NCBI GenBank assembly: GCA_049325335.1
Contig: JBMOMC010000001.1
Span: 404,093 to 468,092 of the forward strand
Length of the DNA: 64,000 nt
Direction: 5' to 3'
DNA from: Nitrospirota bacterium
GTDB lineage: Bacteria; Nitrospirota; Nitrospiria; 2-01-FULL-66-17
Below the pieces are notes generated by a model. It saw nothing but the letters and a program-made list of their open reading frames with translations, was not told where the DNA came from and did not search any database. Positions 31,818-39,483 of the stretch are shown here, one piece after another (within the stretch, counting starts at the first letter, position 1; each line of letters opens with the position of its first letter). The position numbers were made by a program, and so were the translations under genes.

Positions 31818-31845
31818 TTGACTTGGGACTTGATTCAGTTATAGT
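31818..31845 (+). promoter_or_regulatory. Putative sigma70 promoter of the polyamine operon
   Basis: TTGACT-16 bp-TATAGT with an AT-rich upstream tract. Confidence 0.6.
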
Positions 31846-31949
31846 ACGGACCAAAATTGATTCCGACGCTCGCGCGATGCATCGCGGCCCGCGCGCGAGC
31901 CGATTGAACGAAGTGAAGCGGGCGCGACGACGAAAAGGGGGAACAGAAG

Positions 31950-32390
31950 GTGCACGGATTAGGAACCCATCTGTTGGCGGAGCTCAAGGTGTGTAATGCC
32001 AAGCTGCTCAACGATGTGAAGAAGGTAGAGATGATTATGGTGGAGGCCGCGAAAACCGCGAAAGCCACCATCGTGGACGTGCACTTTCACAAGTTCTCGC
32101 CGTTCGGGATCAGCGGCGTGGTGGTGATCGCGGAATCGCACCTGGCGATCCACACCTGGCCCGAATACGGCTACGCCGCGGTGGACGTGTTCACCTGCGG
32201 CGACGTGTTGCAACCCGAGGTCGCCATCGAGTATTTAATCGAGAAGTTCCAGTGCAAGCAACCGTCCATCATGGAAGTGCGGAGAGGCATCCTCTCGAAG
32301 GGCAACGTGAAGCTGCCCCACAAAACCGTTCCGACCAACGAGGCGACGCCCGTCGATGACCGAGCCAAAGAGCTACAAATGGTTTCTTGA
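31950..32390 (+). CDS. speD: S-adenosylmethionine decarboxylase proenzyme (short SpeH type)
   Basis: GTHLLAEL, HKFSPFGISGVVVIAE-SHLAIHTWPE, DVFTCG. Confidence 0.96.
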   Translation: MHGLGTHLLAELKVCNAKLLNDVKKVEMIMVEAAKTAKATIVDVHFHKFSPFGISGVVVIAESHLAIHTWPEYGYAAVDVFTCGDVLQPEVAIEYLIEKFQCKQPSIMEVRRGILSKGNVKLPHKTVPTNEATPVDDRAKELQMVS

Positions 32391-33276
32391 CTTCCTCAAC
32401 CCTGAGGAAGGGCATATGCATGGTATCCGCACCATGCTGTATGCCGCGCAAACCAAGTACCAACAGATGGAGATCATGGACACCGGCAGTTACGGCCGGT
32501 GCCTGGTGCTGGACGGCAAGATGCAATCGTCGGAGGCCGACGAGTTCATCTACCACGAGGCCCTCGTCCATCCCGCGCTGCTGACGCACCCCGAGCCGAA
32601 ACGCGTGTTCATCGTGGGCGGCGGCGAAGGCGCCACGCTCCGCGAAATTCTCCGGCATCGCACGGTCGAACACGTCTTAATGGTGGACATCGACCAGGAA
32701 GTCGTGGAGCGCTGCAAACAATTTCTCCCCGAGTGGCACCAAGGCGCGTTCGACGACCCGCGGGTGGAACTCAAGTTCCTGGACGCCCGCAAGTATCTCG
32801 AGGAAACCAACGAGACCTACGACACCATTATCATCGATATCTCCGAGCCGGTGGAAGAGGGCCCGGCCTATCTGCTCTACACCAAAGAGTTCTACCAGAT
32901 CGTGAAGCGGCGTTTGACGCCCCAAGGCATGATCACGCTCCAGGCGGGCTCCACCGCGGTCAACAGCATGTTCTGCTTCGCCGCCGTGTGCCAGACGCTC
33001 AAGACCGCGTTCCCAATCGTGGCGCCGTACGATACCTCGATTCCCTCGTTCGGACTCCCGTGGGGTTTTGCGCTCGCCTCCAAGTCTCTGGACCCGCGCG
33101 CGATTACCCCGCGCGAGATCGATGAACGGATCGCGAAGCGCCTCACCGGCGAACTGCGATACTACCACGGCGAACTTCACCAAGGGCAATTCATGCTGCC
33201 CAAACACCTGGTCCAGCGGCTGGCCGCCGATGATCGCATCATCGAAGACAACCAACCGCTGTTTACCTACCACTGA
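32356..33276 (+). CDS. speE: Polyamine aminopropyltransferase (spermidine synthase family)
   Basis: LVLDGKMQS..DEFIYHEALVH, IVGGGEGATLRE, VDID, IIIDISEP. Confidence 0.96.
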   Translation: MTEPKSYKWFLDFLNPEEGHMHGIRTMLYAAQTKYQQMEIMDTGSYGRCLVLDGKMQSSEADEFIYHEALVHPALLTHPEPKRVFIVGGGEGATLREILRHRTVEHVLMVDIDQEVVERCKQFLPEWHQGAFDDPRVELKFLDARKYLEETNETYDTIIIDISEPVEEGPAYLLYTKEFYQIVKRRLTPQGMITLQAGSTAVNSMFCFAAVCQTLKTAFPIVAPYDTSIPSFGLPWGFALASKSLDPRAITPREIDERIAKRLTGELRYYHGELHQGQFMLPKHLVQRLAADDRIIEDNQPLFTYH

Positions 33277-33329
33277 CGCGCGTGATGCGCCCCTGGGCGC
33301 GCGACGGACGTTCCGCTCTCCTCTGAATC

Positions 33330-34883
33330 GTGCCTGACCCCAGCGCGAACGACCTCCTCGCCCCTCCCACCAACGGCACTCCGACGGCCGAGGTTTTATC
33401 TACGCCGTCCGAGCGAGACGAACAGCTCCGCACCCCGCTGTTCGACGCCATGGTCGGCCTCGCGGAGAGCCGCAAGGTCTCCTTCCACACGCCGGGCCAT
33501 AAGAGCGGCAAAGGCATCTCCACGCGGTTTCGTAAATTCGTGGGCACCAAGATCTTCTCCATCGACCTGACCACGCTCGACGAGGTCGATTCGCTGCAGA
33601 AGCCCCGCGGGGTCATCAAGGAAGCGCAGGAACTCGCGGCCAAGGCCTACGGCGCGGACCGGTCCTACTTCCTGGTCAACGGTACCACCGGCGGCAATCA
33701 GGCCATGATCCTCGCGGCGTGTAACCCGGGCGACAAGGTCTTGATCGCGCGCAACGCCCACAAGTCCGTGTTGGCCGGCCTGATCTTGTCCGGCGCGCAA
33801 CCCGTGTTCTATAGCCCGCGGGTGGACGCGCGCCTGCAAATCATGCTCAACGTCACGTTCGAGGAAACCAAAACCGCGATCGACGCGCACCCGGAATGCA
33901 AGGTCCTATTTCTCACCAGCCCCAACTACTACGGCATCTGCGCGGATCTGGAGCGCATCGTCCCGTACGCCCATGAGAAGGGCGTGGTGGTGCTGGTGGA
34001 CGAAGCCCACGGCCCACACCTGAAGTTCCACCCCGACCTACCGGCCTCGGCGCTGGAAGCCGGGGCGGATTTGTGCGTGCAAAGCACGCACAAGATCATC
34101 GGCGGCATGACCCAGGCGTCGATGCTTCATGCCCGTTCGGCGCGCGTTAACGTGTCGATGCTGAGCAACGTGCTGCGGTTCGTGCAGACCACCAGCCCGT
34201 CGTACATCCTGATGGCGTCGCTCGATCTGGCGCGCATGCAAATGGCCACCGAGGGCGAAAAACTGTTGGACAAGGCCATCCGCCTGGCGCAGGACGCGCG
34301 CGTCCGCATCAATAAGATCCCCGGGCTGTTCTGTCTGGGCAAAGACAACGTGGCGGGCAGTCTCTTCGGGCAAATGGGAGACCTCGACGTCACCAAGTTG
34401 ACCATCACGGTGACCGACCTCGGGCTCTCGGGCTATCAGGTCTCCCAACTACTCAACACCAAGTATCACATCCAGGTCGAAATGGCGGACCCGTTCCACG
34501 TCCTGGTGATCGTGAGCATCGGCGACCGCCAGGATGATTTGCGCCGGCTGGTCGAGGCGCTCCGCGACATCGCCAAGGAATACGGCACCCGGTCCGGCCC
34601 GTCGCCGCTCGCTTCCGAGCCGTTGCCCGCGTTCGGGCACGACGCGGTGATGACCCCGCGCGAAGCGTTCTTCGCGGATCAAGACTACATTCCGCTGGAT
34701 TCCGCGGTCGGCGCGGTCTCCTCCGAGATCGTGACCGTGTACCCGCCCGGCATTCCCGTGCTCGTGCCCGGCGAGATCATCACCGCGGAAGCCGTGACCT
34801 ACTTGAAACGCATGTTGGTGCTCGGAGGGACCGTGGACGGCCTGGACGAGACCAACAGTTGGATTGGCGTGGTCAAGCGCTGA
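33330..34883 (+). CDS. PLP-dependent Arg/Lys/Orn decarboxylase (fold type I; start uncertain)
   Basis: FHTPGHK, LVNGTT, RNAHKS, VDEAHG, QSTHK (PLP Lys), TTSPSY, YPPGIP. Confidence 0.93.
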   Translation: MPDPSANDLLAPPTNGTPTAEVLSTPSERDEQLRTPLFDAMVGLAESRKVSFHTPGHKSGKGISTRFRKFVGTKIFSIDLTTLDEVDSLQKPRGVIKEAQELAAKAYGADRSYFLVNGTTGGNQAMILAACNPGDKVLIARNAHKSVLAGLILSGAQPVFYSPRVDARLQIMLNVTFEETKTAIDAHPECKVLFLTSPNYYGICADLERIVPYAHEKGVVVLVDEAHGPHLKFHPDLPASALEAGADLCVQSTHKIIGGMTQASMLHARSARVNVSMLSNVLRFVQTTSPSYILMASLDLARMQMATEGEKLLDKAIRLAQDARVRINKIPGLFCLGKDNVAGSLFGQMGDLDVTKLTITVTDLGLSGYQVSQLLNTKYHIQVEMADPFHVLVIVSIGDRQDDLRRLVEALRDIAKEYGTRSGPSPLASEPLPAFGHDAVMTPREAFFADQDYIPLDSAVGAVSSEIVTVYPPGIPVLVPGEIITAEAVTYLKRMLVLGGTVDGLDETNSWIGVVKR

Positions 34884-34900
34884 AGCGCGCGGGACCCGCC

Positions 34901-35971
34901 GTGACGCCCGACCTCTCCGCGATCCTCGCCTCACTGTACGAAGAGCGCACATCCGCGTTCTTGTATCAGACCCTGGAGTCGGTCGAGGACAGCCTGCGCG
35001 CCGCGCTCTTTGCCAAACTCCGACACGCGTCGGAACGACAAGCCTCGTTGTGGGAGGAACGCCTCCGCGCGCTCGGCGAACCGGTCCCCGAGTTTCACCC
35101 GCCCATTCGCGCGCGCCTGGTTGCAAGACTCCTCCGCCTCCTGGGTCCGCGGCCCATGCTCCCGGTCTTGGCCGCGATGAAAGTTCGTGGGCTGTCGATC
35201 TACCGTTCAGGCCCCATCGTGCCTGGCAGCGCGGATGCCGACGCCGCGTTCGCCGCGGCCACGGCGCCCGCGGCCGAAACCTGGCACCGCGCCCAGCAGG
35301 GCGGCGGTGCATTACGGGCCGCGGTATTCGGGGTCAATGACGGGTTGGTGTCCAACGCCAGCTTGATCGTGGGCGTGGCCGCGGCCGGGGCGGACCCCCA
35401 CGGCGTGGTCATTGCGGGATTCTCGGGGTTGCTCGCGGGCAGCCTGTCCATGGCCACCGGCGAATACGTATCGGTCAAAACCCAACGCGAATTATTGGAA
35501 CACCAGATCGCCCTGGAGCAACACGAACTCGACACCATGCCGGAGGAAGAAATCGCGGAGCTGGCCGCGATCTACGAAGCCAAAGGCCTGGCCCCGGACG
35601 CGGCGCACTCGGTCGCGGCGCGGCTCATCGCAGACCCCAAGCAGGGACTCGATACCCTCGCGCGCGAAGAATTGGGCCTGAACCCCAGCGACTTGGTCTC
35701 GCCAGTGTCAGCAGCATTGGCCTCGTTTGCGAGCTTCGCGGCGGGAGCCATGATCCCACTGGTTCCGTTCCTGCTCCCCACGCCGCAACCCGGCCTGTGG
35801 GGTTCCCTCATGGCGATGGAAGCGGGCTTACTGATCGTCGGGGGATTGATGAGCCTGTTTACCGGACGGAGCGTGGTCTGGAGCGCGGTCCGGATGGCAC
35901 TGTTGGGGTCGGCCGCGGCGGCGGCAACGTTTGTGATCGGCCGATTGCTGGGCGTCGCGGTCGCGGGCTGA
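34901..35971 (+). CDS. VIT1/CCC1 Fe/Mn transporter with an N-terminal ferritin/rubrerythrin-like segment
   Basis: LRAAVFGVNDGLVSN, SMATGEYVSV, REELG; N-terminal helical EERTSAFLY...ERQASLW. Confidence 0.9.
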   Translation: MTPDLSAILASLYEERTSAFLYQTLESVEDSLRAALFAKLRHASERQASLWEERLRALGEPVPEFHPPIRARLVARLLRLLGPRPMLPVLAAMKVRGLSIYRSGPIVPGSADADAAFAAATAPAAETWHRAQQGGGALRAAVFGVNDGLVSNASLIVGVAAAGADPHGVVIAGFSGLLAGSLSMATGEYVSVKTQRELLEHQIALEQHELDTMPEEEIAELAAIYEAKGLAPDAAHSVAARLIADPKQGLDTLAREELGLNPSDLVSPVSAALASFASFAAGAMIPLVPFLLPTPQPGLWGSLMAMEAGLLIVGGLMSLFTGRSVVWSAVRMALLGSAAAAATFVIGRLLGVAVAG

Positions 35972-35973
35972 CC

Positions 35974-36615
35974 CTACAACGTCACGACCGGCGGAATCGC
36001 CGCGATCCGCTGATCAGCCCCGAGTGGGAACCGCCGCGGAGCATCCACCCCGGCCATGGAACACTCATCCGCCACCAACGCGTTGAGGTGGTTGATGAGC
36101 GCGTTGAGGTCGCGCGCGGGACGCGGCCCGCTCCACACCGCGCGATCATACCCTGGGATCAGATTCATGGCCTCGGTAAACGCGCTGGTCAACGCCACGC
36201 GCGCCACCTCCGGAAAGTCCTCGGCCCACAGTTCGGACAACCGGTCCAGATCCGACGCCATCAACCGGGCCACGACCGGCACCACACCAAGCCGCGGTCC
36301 TTCGCTCGCCTCCTCCATCGGCGCCTTGGTCAGGACTACCCCATGCCCGCCCGCGGACTTGAACGCCCACGCGGGATCAGCCAGACCCGGCCACGCCATA
36401 CACTCCGCGAGCGTGAGCGGCCGATCCGTGGAGACAACTTCCAGACTGAAATGATCCAGAAAGATTTCCCGCAGCCGCCAGGCCGGCAAAAACGCCCGCA
36501 ACACCTCGCGCCCCTCGCGCCGCGGCCCCGCCAACGCCGTGACCGCCACCGCCAACGGCACGCCGCGCCACCCCGACGCCCCTGCCGGAGACTTTTTCTT
36601 GATCTTTTTGACCAC
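35974..36615 (-). CDS. Hypothetical protein
   Basis: 213-aa ORF filling the gap, co-oriented with the upstream zinc-ribbon gene; no recognised motif. Confidence 0.55.
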   Translation of the reverse strand: MVKKIKKKSPAGASGWRGVPLAVAVTALAGPRREGREVLRAFLPAWRLREIFLDHFSLEVVSTDRPLTLAECMAWPGLADPAWAFKSAGGHGVVLTKAPMEEASEGPRLGVVPVVARLMASDLDRLSELWAEDFPEVARVALTSAFTEAMNLIPGYDRAVWSGPRPARDLNALINHLNALVADECSMAGVDAPRRFPLGADQRIAAIPPVVTL

Positions 36616-36636
36616 GCAGGAGTGCCCGAAACGGGC

Positions 36637-36963
36637 TTAACGAAAGACGCGAACGTTGGCGGCTGGCTTCGCGGTGCGCGAGCCGGTCGACGTCCCACAT
36701 TGCGCACAGCGGTAATCGTATAGACTGCCGCCGTCAGGCAGAACCAAGAGGAGGATTTCTCGGGTGGGTGTAGCCTGGCGGCATTTGGGACAGAACAATG
36801 CCGAGGCCCGCAGCTCCTGGAACTGTTCCGGACGTTGTGACGCTGCCGCGGGATTGGCCGGCCGCGCGCCGCGCGGTGTGGGCCCCTGAGCCGCGCCCGG
36901 CTTCACCGGCGCGCCGCCTGATGTTGGTGCCGCTGTTGGTCGACGAGCCATCGGAAATCGCAC
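36637..36963 (-). CDS. Small zinc-ribbon protein
   Basis: ASALFCPKC...REILLLVLP..LYDYRCAQCGTSTG. Confidence 0.75.
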   Translation of the reverse strand: MRFPMARRPTAAPTSGGAPVKPGAAQGPTPRGARPANPAAASQRPEQFQELRASALFCPKCRQATPTREILLLVLPDGGSLYDYRCAQCGTSTGSRTAKPAANVRVFR

Positions 36964-36969
36964 GGCCGG

Positions 36970-36998
36970 ATTCTAGGAAAGCATCTGGGACAAGTCAA
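36970..36998 (-). promoter_or_regulatory. Putative sigma70 promoter of the zinc-ribbon gene (leaderless)
   Basis: Minus strand TTGACT-17 bp-TAGAAT, 6 nt before GTG 36963. Confidence 0.65.
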
Positions 36999-37029
36999 GC
37001 GCGAGGAGGGAGCGGGTTGCGCCTTACGA

Positions 37030-37263
37030 TTAAAGATGCGAGCCCGAGCGAACCGGATATCCGCGCAAAGGCCGGCGCCACGCGTACGCCCGAATCGTCC
37101 GCCCGAAGTCTCTGTCACCCATGAGCGCGTCAGCCATGGCAACGGTCATCACCGTGTCATCCGTATAGGAGGAAAGCGGCGTAAGGAGTTTGAAATCCTT
37201 TTGCTTGGTACGAACGCTTTCGCAGATCGATCCGATCATGTCACCGGCGATCGCACCGAGCAT
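37030..37263 (-). pseudogene. N-terminal fragment of an ADP-ribosylglycohydrolase
   Basis: MLGAIAGDMIGS...YTDDTVMTVAMADAL...RGY, after which similarity ends; 77 aa versus roughly 250-300 aa typical for the family. Confidence 0.8.
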
Positions 37264-37384
37264 TTGGCTGTCAGGAATGACGCCCGAACCGAGCGAACAA
37301 GCGCCGCAACGTCACGTGCCATTGCGTGGTCGGAAACGGTGTCGTCTTGGATGTCCTCGCAGCGGGCAGCGTGGAGATCGCGGG

Positions 37385-37948
37385 TCATACCTTACGCGGA
37401 ACATCATACCTCAACTCGACAAAGGCGGGCCCCACTGCCCGCGCAGCGGTCAGCCGAAGCGGAGGAAACGCGATCTGGCGAGGAAGCAGTGGCTTGCCGG
37501 CGCCCAGCGTCACCGAGCCGACTTGAACGATCAGTTCGTCGAGCAACCCGGCGTCGAAGAACTGGCCCACCAACTCGCCGCCGCCCACAAGCCAGATGTT
37601 CTTCTCATTCGCCGCCGCGCGCATCTGGTCATGGACTGGGCGGACGTCGCCGGAGACGAACCGAATGTCGGCGCCGGAGACGCGCGGGAGCCCGCGGCTG
37701 GTGAACACCCAGGTAGGTTGGTGGTACGGCCACGGTGCTTCCGATTGCGTCCCGGGCTTGATGACATTGCGAAGCATCCACTCGTACGTGGCCGAGCCCA
37801 TCGCGAGCGCGCCGACTTCGAGGATAAACTGGGGGTAGCTGGTGTCGTTGATGTCGCCGAGTTGAAACAGCCACTCCAGCGAGTGATCAACGGTTGCGAT
37901 GAAGCCGTCGAGGCTGGACGCCGTGTAGTACTGGGTCTTCATGGCCAC
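37385..37948 (-). CDS. Dihydrofolate reductase-like (RibD C-terminal) protein
   Basis: YYTASSLDGFIA, MGSATY, IWLVGGGEL, GLLDEL, LGAGKPL. Confidence 0.92.
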   Translation of the reverse strand: MAMKTQYYTASSLDGFIATVDHSLEWLFQLGDINDTSYPQFILEVGALAMGSATYEWMLRNVIKPGTQSEAPWPYHQPTWVFTSRGLPRVSGADIRFVSGDVRPVHDQMRAAANEKNIWLVGGGELVGQFFDAGLLDELIVQVGSVTLGAGKPLLPRQIAFPPLRLTAARAVGPAFVELRYDVPRKV

Positions 37949-38088
37949 TCACCATAAGATGACACCCGGGTCGTCGTAAGATACGATAGCGATTCACCTA
38001 TATGCCTCCCCCTTAACAAAGTCAATTGGTACGCCCGACTCGTGCTCGCCGCGCCGATCGCCCATTAATGGGTTCGGGCGTATCCCGC

Positions 38089-38117
38089 TTGACCCATCCG
38101 GAGCCACTCCTTAGAAT
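38089..38117 (+). promoter_or_regulatory. Putative sigma70 promoter of hemL
   Basis: TTGACC-17 bp-TAGAAT. Confidence 0.65.
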
Positions 38118-38145
38118 GGGCCGCTGTTGAGATGATCGGAGCGCT

Positions 38146-39432
38146 ATGAGTCACCAGAAATCCAGCAACCTGTTCAGGCACGCCCAGACCCTGATTCCCG
38201 GAGGCGTGAACAGCCCGGTGCGCGCGTTTCGTTCGGTGGGGATGACGCCGCCGTTTATTTTGCGCGCCAAGGGGTGCCGGCTGTATGACGTGGACGGGCA
38301 TTCGTATATCGATTACATCGGCTCGTGGGGGCCCATGATTGTGGGGCACGCGCACCAGCAGGTGGTCAACGCCATCAAGCGCGCGGCCAACCATGGCACC
38401 AGTTACGGCGCGCCCACGCCGTTGGAGGTCCGGCTCGCAGAGATGATCGTGGATGCGGTGCCGTCGATCGAAATGGTCCGGCTCGTGAGCTCGGGCACGG
38501 AGGCCGTGATGAGCGCGATTCGCCTCGCGCGCGCCGCCACCAAGCGGGACAACATTCTCAAGTTCGACGGCGGGTACCACGGCCACGCGGATAGCCTGCT
38601 GGTCAAAGCCGGATCAGGCGTGGCCACGCTCGGACTGCCGGACAGCCCGGGCGTGCCCGAGGATTTGGCCAAACACACGTTGACCGCTCGCTACAACGAC
38701 TTGGCCGATGTGCGCCGGTTGTTGGAAGCTTCGCCGCGGTCCGTCGCGGCGGTGATCGTGGAGCCCATTGCCGGGAACATGGGCGTGGTGTTGCCCGCTC
38801 CGGGGTTTCTCCAGGGATTGCGCGATCTGACGCGCGAACACGGCGCGTTGCTGATTTTTGACGAAGTGATCAGCGGGTTTCGCGCGGCCTACGGCGGGGC
38901 ACAGGCGCGGTACCACGTGATGCCGGATCTGACGTGTCTGGGCAAAATCATCGGCGGCGGGCTTCCGGTGGGCGCGTACGGCGGACGGCACGACTTGATG
39001 CAGTTGATCGCGCCTGCTGGCCCGGTCTACCAAGCCGGAACCCTGTCCGGCAATCCGTTGGCGGTAAGCGCGGGCATCGCCACGCTCAAGTTGCTGCAAA
39101 AATCGAAGGTCTACGACGCGCTCGAATCACGCGGAACGATGTTGGCCGACGGCTTGGCGGAGGCGGCGACTGCCGAGGGCGTGCCGGTGCAGATCAACCG
39201 CGCGGGCTCGGTCCTGACCGTGTTTTTTACCGCGACACCGGTTCGGGATTACGACACCGCCAAAACATCCGATACCGCGCGATTCGGACGATTCTTCGGG
39301 GGCATGTTGGAAGCGGGCGTGTATCTGCCGCCGTCGCAGTTCGAGGCTTGGTTTCTCTCCCTCGCACACACCGAACGCGAAATCGCACGGACCATGAAGG
39401 CTGCGCGCGCGGCCTTCGCAGCCGCGGCCTAA
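38146..39432 (+). CDS. hemL: Glutamate-1-semialdehyde 2,1-aminomutase
   Basis: PGGVNSPVRAF, SGTEA, YHGHAD, FDEVISGFR, GKIIGGGLPVG, PSQFEA. Confidence 0.98.
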   Translation: MSHQKSSNLFRHAQTLIPGGVNSPVRAFRSVGMTPPFILRAKGCRLYDVDGHSYIDYIGSWGPMIVGHAHQQVVNAIKRAANHGTSYGAPTPLEVRLAEMIVDAVPSIEMVRLVSSGTEAVMSAIRLARAATKRDNILKFDGGYHGHADSLLVKAGSGVATLGLPDSPGVPEDLAKHTLTARYNDLADVRRLLEASPRSVAAVIVEPIAGNMGVVLPAPGFLQGLRDLTREHGALLIFDEVISGFRAAYGGAQARYHVMPDLTCLGKIIGGGLPVGAYGGRHDLMQLIAPAGPVYQAGTLSGNPLAVSAGIATLKLLQKSKVYDALESRGTMLADGLAEAATAEGVPVQINRAGSVLTVFFTATPVRDYDTAKTSDTARFGRFFGGMLEAGVYLPPSQFEAWFLSLAHTEREIARTMKAARAAFAAAA

Positions 39433-39483
39433 TCCCCCTTTCGTTCATTGACAACGCTCCGGCGGCCGGTATGTTCATTCTGT

